Source of the DNA: Escherichia coli
GTDB taxonomy: Bacteria > Pseudomonadota > Gammaproteobacteria > Enterobacterales > Enterobacteriaceae
DNA: 64,000 nucleotides
Assembly (NCBI RefSeq): GCF_029227855.1
Contig: NZ_CP074356.1
Reading direction: 5' to 3' (one strand)
Shown here: one piece after another, positions 34,128 to 45,861 of the stretch
How the letters are laid out: each line of letters begins with the position of its first letter
Numbering within the stretch: position 1 is the first letter of the stretch
Notes under the pieces: model-generated
What the model was told of the DNA's origin: nothing
The model's input: only the letters and a program-made list of their open reading frames with translations
Database searches by the model: none
Made by a program: the position numbers and the translations under genes

Positions 34128-35117
34128 ATGAAACTCGCCGTTTATAGCACAAAACAGTACGACAAGAAGTACCTGCAACAGGTGAACGAGTCCTTTGGCT
34201 TTGAGCTGGAATTTTTTGACTTTCTGCTGACGGAAAAAACCGCTAAAACTGCCAATGGCTGCGAAGCGGTATGTATTTTCGTAAACGATGACGGCAGCCG
34301 CCCGGTGCTGGAAGAGCTGAAAAAGCACGGCGTTAAATATATCGCCCTGCGCTGTGCCGGTTTTAATAACGTCGACCTTGACGCGGCAAAAGAACTGGGG
34401 CTGAAAGTAGTCCGTGTTCCAGCCTATGATCCAGAAGCCGTTGCTGAACACGCCATCGGTATGATGATGACGCTGAACCGCCGTATTCATCGCGCATATC
34501 AGCGTACTCGTGACGCCAACTTCTCTTTGGAAGGTCTGACCGGCTTTACTATGTATGGCAAAACGGCAGGCGTTATCGGTACCGGTAAAATCGGTGTGGC
34601 GATGCTGCGCATTCTGAAAGGTTTTGGTATGCGTCTGCTGGCGTTCGATCCGTATCCAAGTGCGGCGGCGCTGGAACTCGGTGTGGAGTATGTCGATCTG
34701 CCAACCCTGTTCTCTGAATCAGACGTTATCTCTCTGCACTGCCCGCTGACACCGGAAAACTACCATCTGTTGAACGAAGCCGCCTTCGATCAGATGAAAA
34801 ATGGCGTGATGATCGTCAATACCAGTCGCGGTGCATTGATTGATTCTCAGGCGGCAATTGAAGCGCTGAAAAATCAGAAAATTGGTTCGTTGGGTATGGA
34901 CGTGTATGAGAACGAACGCGATCTGTTCTTTGAAGACAAATCCAACGACGTGATCCAGGATGACGTATTCCGTCGTCTGTCTGCCTGCCACAACGTGCTG
35001 TTTACCGGGCACCAGGCATTCCTGACAGCAGAAGCACTGACCAGTATTTCTCAGACTACGCTGCAAAACTTAAGCAATCTGGAAAAAGGCGAAACCTGCC
35101 CGAACGAACTGGTTTAA
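34128..35117 (+). CDS. ldhA: Fermentative D-lactate dehydrogenase (NAD-dependent)
   Basis: 329-aa D-isomer 2-hydroxyacid dehydrogenase with GVIGTGKIG NAD-binding motif. Confidence 0.93.
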   Translation: MKLAVYSTKQYDKKYLQQVNESFGFELEFFDFLLTEKTAKTANGCEAVCIFVNDDGSRPVLEELKKHGVKYIALRCAGFNNVDLDAAKELGLKVVRVPAYDPEAVAEHAIGMMMTLNRRIHRAYQRTRDANFSLEGLTGFTMYGKTAGVIGTGKIGVAMLRILKGFGMRLLAFDPYPSAAALELGVEYVDLPTLFSESDVISLHCPLTPENYHLLNEAAFDQMKNGVMIVNTSRGALIDSQAAIEALKNQKIGSLGMDVYENERDLFFEDKSNDVIQDDVFRRLSACHNVLFTGHQAFLTAEALTSISQTTLQNLSNLEKGETCPNELV

Positions 35118-35227
35118 TCTTGCCGCTCCCCTGCATTCCAGGGGAGCTGATTCAGATAATCCCCAATGACCTTTCATCCTCTATTCTTAAAATAGTCCTG
35201 AGTCAGAAACTGTAATTGAGAACCACA

Positions 35228-35650
35228 ATGAAGAAAGTAGCCGCGTTTGTTGCGCTAAGCCTGCTGATGGCGGGATGTGTAAGTAATGACAAAATTGCTG
35301 TAACCCCAGAACAGCTACAGCATCATCGCTTTGTGCTGGAAAGCGTAAACGGTAAGCCCGTGACCAGCGATAAAAATCCGCCAGAAATCAGCTTTGGTGA
35401 AAAGATGATGATTTCCGGCAGCATGTGTAACCGCTTTAGCGGTGAAGGCAAACTGTCTAATGGTGAACTGATAGCCAAAGGGCTGGCAATGACCCGTATG
35501 ATGTGCGCTAACCCGCAGCTTAATGAACTCGATAACACCATTAGCGAAATGCTGAAAGAAGGTGCACAAGTGGATCTGACCGCGAACCAGTTAACGCTGG
35601 CGACCGCGAAACAGACATTAACTTATAAGCTGGCGGATTTAATGAATTAA
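35228..35650 (+). CDS. hslJ: Heat-shock lipoprotein HslJ
   Basis: 140 aa from MKKVAAFVALSLLMAGC (lipobox). Confidence 0.88.
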   Translation: MKKVAAFVALSLLMAGCVSNDKIAVTPEQLQHHRFVLESVNGKPVTSDKNPPEISFGEKMMISGSMCNRFSGEGKLSNGELIAKGLAMTRMMCANPQLNELDNTISEMLKEGAQVDLTANQLTLATAKQTLTYKLADLMN

Positions 35651-35913
35651 TAGCTGCCACAGCTCCCGGCGGCAAGTGACTGTTCACTACAGCGTTTGCC
35701 GTTGGGTAATGCACACATCCCAATCGCCGTACCATCCAGTTGACGGGCAACAGAAAGCGAACCGCCGATCATTGCACAATTTGCTTCTCCACTACTGGAC
35801 ATCGACGCTTTTAAACCTGGCGCTACGTGCGCCGCAGTCGCCTGCTGAACAGGTTCACTACTACACGCCGACAATAATAAAGCGGCACACCCTACCCAAA
35901 ACGCTGCTCGCAT
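35647..35913 (-). CDS. ydbJ: Small lipoprotein YdbJ
   Basis: 88-aa ORF with lipobox LLSAC. Confidence 0.8.
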   Translation of the reverse strand: MRAAFWVGCAALLLSACSSEPVQQATAAHVAPGLKASMSSSGEANCAMIGGSLSVARQLDGTAIGMCALPNGKRCSEQSLAAGSCGSY

Positions 35914-36186
35914 CTTTTCTTCCTCTGATCTTCAAGCCAAACGACACCGCCATAAATAATAGGCAGCACAGAGGGCGGCGTCGAGAGCTATCCTGCGCGT
36001 TGCCCCGCATTTTTACTTTTTTATGGCTATTTTTTTGCCCTCTGTTTGATCAAAACATTCATTACGCTGATGAGGGGGACACAAAAGCGAAAATGCAGAA
36101 GAAAGCCATTTGCTAAAATTGAAGGATTACTACTGGGCGCGCAGCAATTTCGTGCGCCCCTCATTTGCGCAATGTAAGGGTGTCAT

Positions 36187-39100
36187 ATGATTACTATTGA
36201 CGGTAATGGCGCGGTTGCTTCGGTGGCGTTTCGCACCAGTGAAGTTATCGCCATCTACCCTATTACCCCCAGTTCCACGATGGCAGAACAGGCTGATGCC
36301 TGGGCCGGAAACGGCTTGAAGAACGTTTGGGGAGACACACCACGCGTGGTTGAAATGCAGTCGGAAGCGGGTGCTATCGCTACCGTGCATGGCGCTTTGC
36401 AGACGGGTGCCCTTTCAACATCGTTTACGTCATCGCAGGGTTTGCTGCTGATGATCCCGACGCTGTACAAACTGGCAGGCGAACTCACACCGTTTGTCCT
36501 GCATGTAGCGGCACGTACCGTTGCCACACATGCACTCTCTATTTTTGGCGATCATTCCGACGTCATGGCGGTGCGCCAGACGGGTTGCGCGATGTTGTGT
36601 GCGGCAAACGTCCAGGAAGCGCAAGACTTTGCTCTCATTTCGCACATCGCGACGCTGAAAAGCCGCGTGCCATTTATTCATTTCTTTGATGGTTTCCGCA
36701 CGTCCCACGAAATCAATAAAATTGTCCCGTTGGCCGATGACACGATTCTTGAACTGATGCCGCAGGCCGAAATTGATGCTCATCGCGCCCGGGCGCTCAA
36801 CCCGGAACATCCGGTGATCCGCGGTACGTCCGCCAATCCTGACACTTATTTCCAGTCTCGCGAAGCCACCAACCCCTGGTACAACGCGGTCTATGACCAT
36901 GTTGAACAGGCGATGAATGATTTCGCTGCCGCGACAGGTCGTCAGTATCAGCCGTTTGAGTATTACGGGCATCCGCAAGCGGAACGGGTGATTATCCTGA
37001 TGGGCTCTGCCATTGGCACATGTGAAGAAGTGGTTGATGAATTGCTGACCCGTGGCGAAAAAGTCGGCGTGCTGAAAGTTCGCCTGTACCGCCCCTTCTC
37101 CGCCAAACACTTGCTGCAAGCTCTGCCGGGATCCGTGCGCAACGTGGCGGTACTGGACAGAACCAAAGAACCCGGTGCCCAGGCAGAACCGCTCTATCTG
37201 GATGTGATGACTGCACTGGCAGAAGCCTTTAATAATGGCGAGCGCGAAACCCTGCCCCGTGTCATTGGTGGGCGCTATGGTCTTTCATCCAAAGAATTTG
37301 GCCCGGACTGTGTACTGGCGGTATTTGCCGAGCTCAACGCGGCTAAACCGAAAGCGCGCTTTACGGTTGGTATTTACGATGATGTGACCAATCTGTCACT
37401 GCCGTTGCCGGAAAACACCCTGCCAAACTCGGCGAAACTGGAAGCCTTGTTTTATGGCCTTGGTAGTGATGGCAGCGTTTCCGCGACCAAAAACAATATC
37501 AAGATTATCGGTAATTCCACGCCGTGGTACGCACAGGGCTATTTTGTTTACGACTCCAAAAAGGCGGGCGGCCTGACAGTTTCTCACCTTCGCGTGAGCG
37601 AACAGCCGATTCGTTCCGCTTATCTCATTTCCCAGGCTGATTTTGTTGGCTGCCACCAGTTGCAGTTTATCGACAAATATCAGATGGTTGAGCGTTTAAA
37701 ACCTGGCGGCATTTTCCTGCTCAACACGCCGTACAGCGCAGATGAAGTGTGGTCGCGCTTGCCGCAGGAAGTTCAGGCCGTGCTAAACCAGAAAACAGCG
37801 CGCTTCTATGTGATTAACGCAGCGAAAATCGCCCGCGAATGTGGCCTGGCGGCCCGTATTAATACCGTCATGCAGATGGCTTTTTTCCATCTGACGCAAA
37901 TTCTGCCTGGCGATAGCGCCCTCGCAGAATTGCAGGGTGCGATTGCCAAAAGTTACAGTAGCAAAGGTCAGGATCTGGTGGAGCGCAACTGGCAGGCTCT
38001 GGCGCTGGCGCGTGAATCCGTAGAAGAAGTTCCGTTGCAGCCGGTTAATCCGCACAGCGCCAATCGACCGCCTGTGGTTTCCGATGCCGCTCCTGATTTC
38101 GTGAAAACCGTTACCGCGGCGATGCTCGCCGGGCTTGGTGATGCCCTCCCCGTTTCGGCGCTGCCGCCAGACGGCACCTGGCCGATGGGCACCACGCGCT
38201 GGGAAAAACGCAATATCGCCGAAGAGATCCCCATCTGGAAAGAGGAACTCTGTACCCAATGTAACCACTGCGTCGCCGCTTGCCCACACTCAGCTATTCG
38301 CGCAAAAGTGGTACCGCCTGAAGCGATGGAAAACGCCCCTGCCAGCCTGCATTCGCTGGATGTGAAATCGCGTGATATGCGCGGGCAGAAATATGTCTTG
38401 CAGGTGGCACCGGAAGATTGCACCGGCTGTAACCTGTGCGTCGAAGTTTGCCCGGCGAAAGACCGTCAGAATCCAGAGATTAAAGCCATCAATATGATGT
38501 CGCGCCTGGAACATGTCGAAGAAGAAAAAATCAATTACGATTTCTTCCTCAACCTGCCAGAAATCGACCGTAGCAAACTGGAACGTATTGATATTCGTAC
38601 ATCGCAGCTGATTACACCGCTGTTTGAATATTCCGGTGCTTGCTCCGGTTGTGGCGAGACGCCGTATATTAAATTGCTGACTCAGCTCTATGGCGACCGG
38701 ATGTTGATCGCTAACGCCACCGGCTGTTCTTCAATTTATGGCGGTAACCTGCCCTCTACACCGTATACTACCGATGCCAACGGTCGTGGACCGGCATGGG
38801 CGAACTCGCTGTTTGAAGATAACGCCGAATTTGGCCTTGGTTTCCGCCTGACAGTCGATCAACACCGTGTCCGCGTGCTGCGTCTGCTGGATCAATTTGC
38901 CGATAAAATCCCGGCGGAATTACTGACTGCGTTGAAATCAGACGCCACGCCAGAGGTTCGTCGAGAACAGGTCGCAGCTTTACGCCAGCAACTCAACGAT
39001 GTTGCCGAAGCACATGAACTGATGCGTGACGCAGATGCACTGGTGGAAAAATCAATCTGGCTGATTGGTGGCGACGGCTGGGCTTACGATATCGGCTTTG

Positions 39101-39711
39101 GCGGTCTGGATCATGTATTGAGTTTGACGGAAAACGTCAACATTCTGGTGCTGGATACGCAATGCTATTCCAATACCGGTGGTCAGGCGTCAAAAGCGAC
39201 ACCGCTGGGTGCAGTAACTAAGTTTGGCGAGCACGGCAAACGTAAAGCGCGTAAAGATCTTGGCGTCAGTATGATGATGTACGGCCATGTTTATGTGGCG
39301 CAGATTTCTCTCGGCGCGCAGCTGAACCAGACGGTGAAAGCAATTCAGGAAGCGGAAGCGTATCCGGGACCATCGCTGATCATCGCTTATAGCCCGTGTG
39401 AAGAGCATGGTTACGATCTGGCTCTCAGCCACGACCAGATGCGCCAACTCACTGCTACCGGCTTCTGGCCGCTATATCGCTTCGATCCTCGTCGTGCCGA
39501 TGAAGGCAAACTGCCGCTGGCGCTGGATTCACGCCCGCCGTCAGAAGCACTGGAAGAAACGTTACTTCATGAGCAGCGTTTCCGTCGTCTGAATTCGCAG
39601 CAGCCAGAAGTGGCAGAACAGTTATGGAAAGATGCTGCAGCTGATTTGCAAAAACGCTATGACTTCCTGGCACAAATGGCCGGAAAAGCGGAAAAAAGCA
39701 ACACCGATTAA
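36187..39711 (+). CDS. ydbK: Pyruvate:flavodoxin/ferredoxin oxidoreductase
   Basis: 1174-aa ORF with two 4Fe-4S ferredoxin motifs (CTQCNHCVAACP, CTGCNLCVEVCP) and TPP-binding region. Confidence 0.92.
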   Translation: MITIDGNGAVASVAFRTSEVIAIYPITPSSTMAEQADAWAGNGLKNVWGDTPRVVEMQSEAGAIATVHGALQTGALSTSFTSSQGLLLMIPTLYKLAGELTPFVLHVAARTVATHALSIFGDHSDVMAVRQTGCAMLCAANVQEAQDFALISHIATLKSRVPFIHFFDGFRTSHEINKIVPLADDTILELMPQAEIDAHRARALNPEHPVIRGTSANPDTYFQSREATNPWYNAVYDHVEQAMNDFAAATGRQYQPFEYYGHPQAERVIILMGSAIGTCEEVVDELLTRGEKVGVLKVRLYRPFSAKHLLQALPGSVRNVAVLDRTKEPGAQAEPLYLDVMTALAEAFNNGERETLPRVIGGRYGLSSKEFGPDCVLAVFAELNAAKPKARFTVGIYDDVTNLSLPLPENTLPNSAKLEALFYGLGSDGSVSATKNNIKIIGNSTPWYAQGYFVYDSKKAGGLTVSHLRVSEQPIRSAYLISQADFVGCHQLQFIDKYQMVERLKPGGIFLLNTPYSADEVWSRLPQEVQAVLNQKTARFYVINAAKIARECGLAARINTVMQMAFFHLTQILPGDSALAELQGAIAKSYSSKGQDLVERNWQALALARESVEEVPLQPVNPHSANRPPVVSDAAPDFVKTVTAAMLAGLGDALPVSALPPDGTWPMGTTRWEKRNIAEEIPIWKEELCTQCNHCVAACPHSAIRAKVVPPEAMENAPASLHSLDVKSRDMRGQKYVLQVAPEDCTGCNLCVEVCPAKDRQNPEIKAINMMSRLEHVEEEKINYDFFLNLPEIDRSKLERIDIRTSQLITPLFEYSGACSGCGETPYIKLLTQLYGDRMLIANATGCSSIYGGNLPSTPYTTDANGRGPAWANSLFEDNAEFGLGFRLTVDQHRVRVLRLLDQFADKIPAELLTALKSDATPEVRREQVAALRQQLNDVAEAHELMRDADALVEKSIWLIGGDGWAYDIGFGGLDHVLSLTENVNILVLDTQCYSNTGGQASKATPLGAVTKFGEHGKRKARKDLGVSMMMYGHVYVAQISLGAQLNQTVKAIQEAEAYPGPSLIIAYSPCEEHGYDLALSHDQMRQLTATGFWPLYRFDPRRADEGKLPLALDSRPPSEALEETLLHEQRFRRLNSQQPEVAEQLWKDAAADLQKRYDFLAQMAGKAEKSNTD

Positions 39712-39738
39712 ATGCACTGGATAAGGATTATCCAATTC

Positions 39739-39844
39739 TAAAAAAAAGCCCGGACGACTGTTCGGGCTTGTCTCATTATTTGTTGGATAAACAGTAACAA
39801 GGGTCCAACAGAAAATAATCTTTGTGACAATAAAGGCATATAAC
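39739..39844 (-). ncRNA. micC: MicC small regulatory RNA
   Basis: Minus strand reads GTTATATGCCTTTATTGTCACA... ending in hairpin gcccgaacagtcgtccgggc plus U-tract; divergent from ompN; recognised from memory. Confidence 0.65.
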
Positions 39845-40072
39845 CCGCGAAGAATAACGCATCACTATTTAAATGTATAATTTTTATTTTGTATATGTCG
39901 CCAACAATATATTCACCAAACTTATCATCATTTCCGTAGAATTATTTGATTAAGGTTTTACTTAAGGCGTAACAAATGATATTTATCGGCTAACGGAACT
40001 TCTCCTTTAGGATGTTTTCACTCCCCAAAATGGGGATGAAAAGGCAAATAAAATAACTAAAGGATTTATTCA

Positions 40073-41191
40073 ATGAAAAGCAAAGTACTGGCATTTTTAA
40101 TTCCTGCCCTGCTCGCCGCAGGTGCTGCACATGCAGCCGAAGTTTATAATAAAGACGGCAACAAATTAGATCTGTATGGCAAAGTTGATGGCCTACATTA
40201 TTTTTCTGATAATACCAATAGTGATGGTGATCAAACTTATGTGCGTTTTGGTTTTAAGGGTGAAACGCAAATCACGGATCAACTGGTTGGGTATGGCCAG
40301 TGGGAATATAACGTGCAGGCTAATGGCTCTGAAGGTGATAAAGGTGATTCCTGGACTCGTCTTGCTTTTGCCGGTCTGAAATTTGGTGACCTGGGTTCAT
40401 TCGACTATGGTCGTAATTATGGCGTAATGTACGACATCGAAGGCTGGACCGATATGCTACCGGAATTCGGTGGTGACTCTTATACCAAAGCCGATAACTA
40501 TATGACCGGTCGAGCCAATGGCGTAGCAACCTATCGTAATACTGATTTCTTCGGTCTGGTTGATGGTCTGAATTTTGCGTTACAGTACCAGGGTGCGAAT
40601 GAAAACCAGGTCACCCATGAGCAAGAAGGTACCGCAAACGGTGGTGATCGAAACATTAAGAACGCCAATGGCGACGGTCTTGGCATCTCTACTACCTACG
40701 ACTTAGGTATGGGCATGAGTTTTGGTGCCGCCTATACCAGTTCCGATCGCACTAACCAGCAGGCTGAATTCTCTACCGCAAAAGGCGATAAGGCTGATGC
40801 CTGGACTGCCGGGGCAAAATACGATGCTAACAATATCTACCTGGCGACCATGTATTCTGAAACGCGTAACATGACACCTTACGGTGATTCAACAAATACG
40901 ATTGCCAACAAAACCCAGAACTTTGAAGTTACTGCGCAGTATCAGTTCGATTTTGGGCTGCGTCCGGCAGTCTCTTTCCTGATGTCTAAAGGCAAGGATT
41001 TGGTCGGTACCGACGGTGATAAAGATCTGGTTAAATACGCCGATGTTGGCGCGACTTACTATTTCAACAAAAATATGTCCACCTACGTTGACTATAAAAT
41101 CAACCTGTTGGATGAAGATGACAGCTTCTACGCTGCCAATGGCATCTCTACCGATGATATTGTCGCTTTAGGTCTGGTTTATCAGTTCTAA
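40073..41191 (+). CDS. ompN: Outer-membrane general porin OmpN
   Basis: 372-aa ORF with signal peptide, porin beta-barrel signature and C-terminal YQF. Confidence 0.9.
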   Translation: MKSKVLAFLIPALLAAGAAHAAEVYNKDGNKLDLYGKVDGLHYFSDNTNSDGDQTYVRFGFKGETQITDQLVGYGQWEYNVQANGSEGDKGDSWTRLAFAGLKFGDLGSFDYGRNYGVMYDIEGWTDMLPEFGGDSYTKADNYMTGRANGVATYRNTDFFGLVDGLNFALQYQGANENQVTHEQEGTANGGDRNIKNANGDGLGISTTYDLGMGMSFGAAYTSSDRTNQQAEFSTAKGDKADAWTAGAKYDANNIYLATMYSETRNMTPYGDSTNTIANKTQNFEVTAQYQFDFGLRPAVSFLMSKGKDLVGTDGDKDLVKYADVGATYYFNKNMSTYVDYKINLLDEDDSFYAANGISTDDIVALGLVYQF

Positions 41192-41198
41192 ATCCTCC

Positions 41199-41226
41199 TG
41201 CCCGCTGTTATGGCGGGCTTTTTCTG
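41199..41226 (+). terminator. Rho-independent terminator after ompN
   Basis: cccgc-tgttatg-gcggg followed by cttttttc. Confidence 0.65.
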
Positions 41227-41250
41227 CTTATTCTTCCTCCTTTGATCTAA

Positions 41251-41766
<516 letters not shown>

Positions 41767-41773
41767 CACTAAC

Positions 41774-41799
41774 GCCCGCACATTGCTGCGGGCTTTTTG
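41774..41799 (+). terminator. Rho-independent terminator after uspF
   Basis: gcccgca-cattgc-tgcgggc followed by ttttt. Confidence 0.65.
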
Positions 41800-41941
41800 A
41801 TTCATTTCGCAAATGTGCTGACATTTTCCCCTCTAATCCGTACCATACACGCCACAGTTTTTATATCAGATTTCTTATGCTGGGCGTTCCGGCATGACGC
41901 ATACTCTTCTGATGCCATATAACGAATTGAGTCGCTTTTAA

Positions 41942-42877
41942 ATGTCGCAAAATCAAGAAATTAGTAAGAAAGAACAATACAACCTGAACAAATTACAAAA
42001 ACGTCTGCGTCGTAACGTGGGCGAAGCCATTGCTGACTTCAATATGATTGAAGAAGGCGATCGCATCATGGTTTGCCTCTCCGGGGGTAAAGATAGCTAT
42101 ACCATGCTGGAAATTCTGCGCAATTTGCAGCAAAGCGCGCCAATCAATTTTTCGCTGGTGGCTGTCAACCTCGATCAAAAACAACCGGGCTTCCCGGAAC
42201 ACGTTCTGCCCGAGTATCTTGAAAAGCTGGGCGTTGAGTACAAGATTGTGGAAGAGAACACTTACGGTATCGTGAAAGAGAAGATTCCGGAGGGCAAAAC
42301 CACTTGCTCACTGTGTTCTCGTCTTCGTCGCGGAATTCTTTACCGTACCGCAACGGAACTGGGAGCGACGAAGATCGCGCTGGGTCACCATCGTGACGAT
42401 ATCCTGCAAACGTTGTTCTTAAATATGTTCTACGGCGGCAAGATGAAAGGTATGCCTCCGAAACTGATGAGCGATGATGGCAAACATATCGTGATTCGCC
42501 CGCTGGCCTACTGCCGCGAGAAAGATATTCAGCGCTTTGCCGATGCAAAAGCGTTCCCGATTATTCCGTGCAACCTGTGCGGTTCACAGCCTAACCTGCA
42601 ACGTCAGGTGATTGCTGACATGTTGCGTGACTGGGATAAACGTTATCCGGGGCGTATCGAGACGATGTTCAGCGCGATGCAGAATGTGGTGCCGTCGCAT
42701 CTGTGCGATACCAACCTGTTCGATTTCAAAGGCATTACCCACGGTTCTGAAGTGGTTAACGGGGGTGATCTGGCGTTTGATCGCGAAGAGATCCCTCTAC
42801 AACCGGCGGGTTGGCAGCCTGAAGAAGATGAAAATCAGTTGGATGAGTTACGGCTGAATGTGGTTGAAGTGAAATAA
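41942..42877 (+). CDS. ttcA: tRNA 2-thiocytidine(32) synthetase
   Basis: 311-aa ORF with PP-loop SGGKDS. Confidence 0.9.
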   Translation: MSQNQEISKKEQYNLNKLQKRLRRNVGEAIADFNMIEEGDRIMVCLSGGKDSYTMLEILRNLQQSAPINFSLVAVNLDQKQPGFPEHVLPEYLEKLGVEYKIVEENTYGIVKEKIPEGKTTCSLCSRLRRGILYRTATELGATKIALGHHRDDILQTLFLNMFYGGKMKGMPPKLMSDDGKHIVIRPLAYCREKDIQRFADAKAFPIIPCNLCGSQPNLQRQVIADMLRDWDKRYPGRIETMFSAMQNVVPSHLCDTNLFDFKGITHGSEVVNGGDLAFDREEIPLQPAGWQPEEDENQLDELRLNVVEVK

Positions 42878-42914
42878 CCCGGATAGCGCCCGATGCGCAA
42901 GCTTACCGGGCTAC

Positions 42915-42965
42915 TCTTATGGAGGCCGGATAAGACGCGGCCAGCGTCGCATCCGGCAATCCCGA
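42915..42965. repeat. REP/BIME-like extragenic palindrome between convergent ttcA and dbpA
   Basis: ggccggataagacgcggccagcgtcgcatccggca resembles the GCCGGATG...CATCCGGC REP family. Confidence 0.5.
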
Positions 42966-43005
42966 AGAAGATGTTTACTCTTGCCCCCTGCGATTCAACA
43001 TTTCA

Positions 43006-44379
43006 TTATTTTAATAACCGCACCCGGCACGTTTTTCCTTTAATCTTCCCGCCCTGTAACTGTTTCCATGCTTTATGAGCAACAGCCTGACGCACCGCGA
43101 TATAGACATGCGCCGGATGCACGGCGATTTTGCCAATATCTGCGCCATCAAGCCCAATATCTCCTGTCAGCGCACCTAATACATCACCCGGGCGCATTTT
43201 GGCTTTTTTCCCGCCATCGATACATAACGTTGCCATTTCGGCTTCCAGCGGCACAATGGAACTATTAACTGGCGGCGTTTGCCAGTTAAGTTTTATCTGC
43301 AACATGTCAGAAATGATATTGGCCCGCTGTGCTTCTTCCGGGGCACAGAAACTGATCGCCAGACCGCTATTTCCTGCACGCGCTGTACGACCGATGCGAT
43401 GTACATGAACTTCAGGGTCCCACGCCAGCTCAAAGTTCACCACCAGCTCAAGCGATTTAATATCCAGACCTCGCGCAGCAACATCAGTCGCAACCAGTAC
43501 ACGGGCGCTACCGTTAGCAAAACGTACCAGGGTCTGATCGCGATCACGTTGCTCCAGATCGCCGTGTAACGACATTGCACTTTGCCCTACTTCATTCAGC
43601 GCGTCGCAGACAGCCTGGCAATCTTTTTTGGTATTGCAAAACACCACGCAAGAGGATGGCTGATGCAAACTTAATAACCGTTGCAACAGAGGAATTTTGC
43701 CTTTGCTGGATGTCTCATAAAATTGTTGTTCAATAGGTGGCAGAGCATCTGTTGAGTCAATTTCAATCGCTAAAGGATCGCGTTGCACTCGTCCGCTGAT
43801 TGCGGCGATGGCTTCCGGCCAGGTTGCCGAAAACAGAAGCGTCTGTCGAGATGCTGGCGCAAAACGGATGACATCATCAATAGCGTCGCTAAATCCCATA
43901 TCCAGCATGCGGTCGGCCTCATCCATCACCAGCGTATTCAACGCATCCAGTGATACCGTGCCTTTTTGCAGATGATCCAACAAACGGCCCGGCGTTGCCA
44001 CGATAATATGCGGCGCATGTTGCAACGAATCACGCTGCATACCGAACGGTTGACCACCGCACAACGTCAAAATTTTGGTATTTGGCAGAAAACGCGCCAG
44101 CCGACGCAATTCACCTGCCACCTGATCCGCCAGTTCACGCGTAGGACACAGCACTAAAGCCTGGGTTTGAAATAGCGACGCATCAATTTGCTGTAACAAG
44201 CCGAGGCCAAAAGCCGCCGTTTTGCCGCTGCCGGTTTTCGCCTGCACGCGAACATCTTTTCCGGCAAGGATCGCCGGAAGCGCGGCGGCCTGCACCGGCG
44301 TCATGGTTAAATAACCCAACTCATTAAGGTTCGTGAGTTGGGCGGGAGGCAAAACATTCAGGGTAGAAAAAGCGGTCAC
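43006..44379 (-). CDS. dbpA: ATP-dependent DEAD-box RNA helicase (23S rRNA-dependent)
   Basis: 457-aa ORF with AKTGSGKT Walker A and DEAD box; GTG start giving MTAFSTLNVLPP. Confidence 0.92.
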   Translation of the reverse strand: MTAFSTLNVLPPAQLTNLNELGYLTMTPVQAAALPAILAGKDVRVQAKTGSGKTAAFGLGLLQQIDASLFQTQALVLCPTRELADQVAGELRRLARFLPNTKILTLCGGQPFGMQRDSLQHAPHIIVATPGRLLDHLQKGTVSLDALNTLVMDEADRMLDMGFSDAIDDVIRFAPASRQTLLFSATWPEAIAAISGRVQRDPLAIEIDSTDALPPIEQQFYETSSKGKIPLLQRLLSLHQPSSCVVFCNTKKDCQAVCDALNEVGQSAMSLHGDLEQRDRDQTLVRFANGSARVLVATDVAARGLDIKSLELVVNFELAWDPEVHVHRIGRTARAGNSGLAISFCAPEEAQRANIISDMLQIKLNWQTPPVNSSIVPLEAEMATLCIDGGKKAKMRPGDVLGALTGDIGLDGADIGKIAVHPAHVYIAVRQAVAHKAWKQLQGGKIKGKTCRVRLLK

Positions 44380-44408
44380 AATCTATTCTCGTGGTCATCG
44401 ACGCAAAG

Positions 44409-44582
44409 TTAGCAGGCGCGTATCCTCGCAGATCTACGCTCACGATGCGACAATTTAATCGGTTCTTCATCGGGTGGTGGGTCAGGCATGGGTTGCGGAC
44501 GAGGGATCGGATCGGGCACTGGAACAGGATCGCCAGGAATCGGTTCAGGGACAGGAATTTGCAAATAAATAAGTGTCGTCAT
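44409..44582 (-). CDS. Candidate small proline-rich ORF (57 aa) just upstream of dbpA; hypothetical
   Basis: ATG at 44580-44582 with ggaggg RBS 4-5 nt upstream; translation MTTLIYLQIPVPEPIPGDPVPVPDPIPRPQPMPDPPPDEEPIKLSHRERRSARIRAC; below the 60-aa cutoff of the ORF track. Confidence 0.35.
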   Translation of the reverse strand: MTTLIYLQIPVPEPIPGDPVPVPDPIPRPQPMPDPPPDEEPIKLSHRERRSARIRAC

Positions 44583-44639
44583 ATTTCCCTCCGGTCATTG
44601 GGTGGACTCTTAAAGGGTAGACGCTGATAAATAACAGGC

Positions 44640-44761
44640 AAAAAAAAGCCGACTCATCAAAGTCGGCGTCGTACGAATCAATTGTGCTATGCAGTAATTC
44701 AAAAAAGGAAGTAAGACAATATGGAGCGCAACGCCCATCGCTTGACGTTGCATTCACCTGC
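44640..44761 (-). ncRNA. fnrS: FnrS small regulatory RNA
   Basis: Minus strand reads GCAGGTGAATGCAACGTCAAGCGATGGGCG... ending in hairpin gccgactttgatgagtcggc plus T8; recognised from memory. Confidence 0.7.
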
Positions 44762-44796
44762 AAGAGAGATATTGCCCTGAATGGGTAGAGAGTTTA

Positions 44797-44810
44797 TTGA
44801 CTTCGCTCAA
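44797..44810. promoter_or_regulatory. FNR-type box (TTGAC-N4-CTCAA) centred about 42 bp upstream of the fnrS 5' end
   Basis: ttgacttcgctcaa matches the FNR TTGAT-N4-ATCAA consensus at class II spacing. Confidence 0.6.
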
Positions 44811-44856
44811 ACTTTACGGCGTTTTTGTATACAGACCGCCGGAAAAATTGCTTTTG

Positions 44857-45861
<1,005 letters not shown>

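Noticed and set aside
36430-37119. 229-aa minus-strand ORF, plus similar ORFs at 37783-38423
   Set aside because: Antisense to ydbK (pfo); no independent support
41767-41941. Possible prophage or integrase remnant at the uspF-ttcA junction
   Set aside because: No ORF and no phage-like sequence in the 175-bp spacer; ttcA is full length
44545-44763. 72-aa minus-strand ORF
   Set aside because: Overlaps the fnrS sRNA and its terminator; the region is better explained as non-coding RNA
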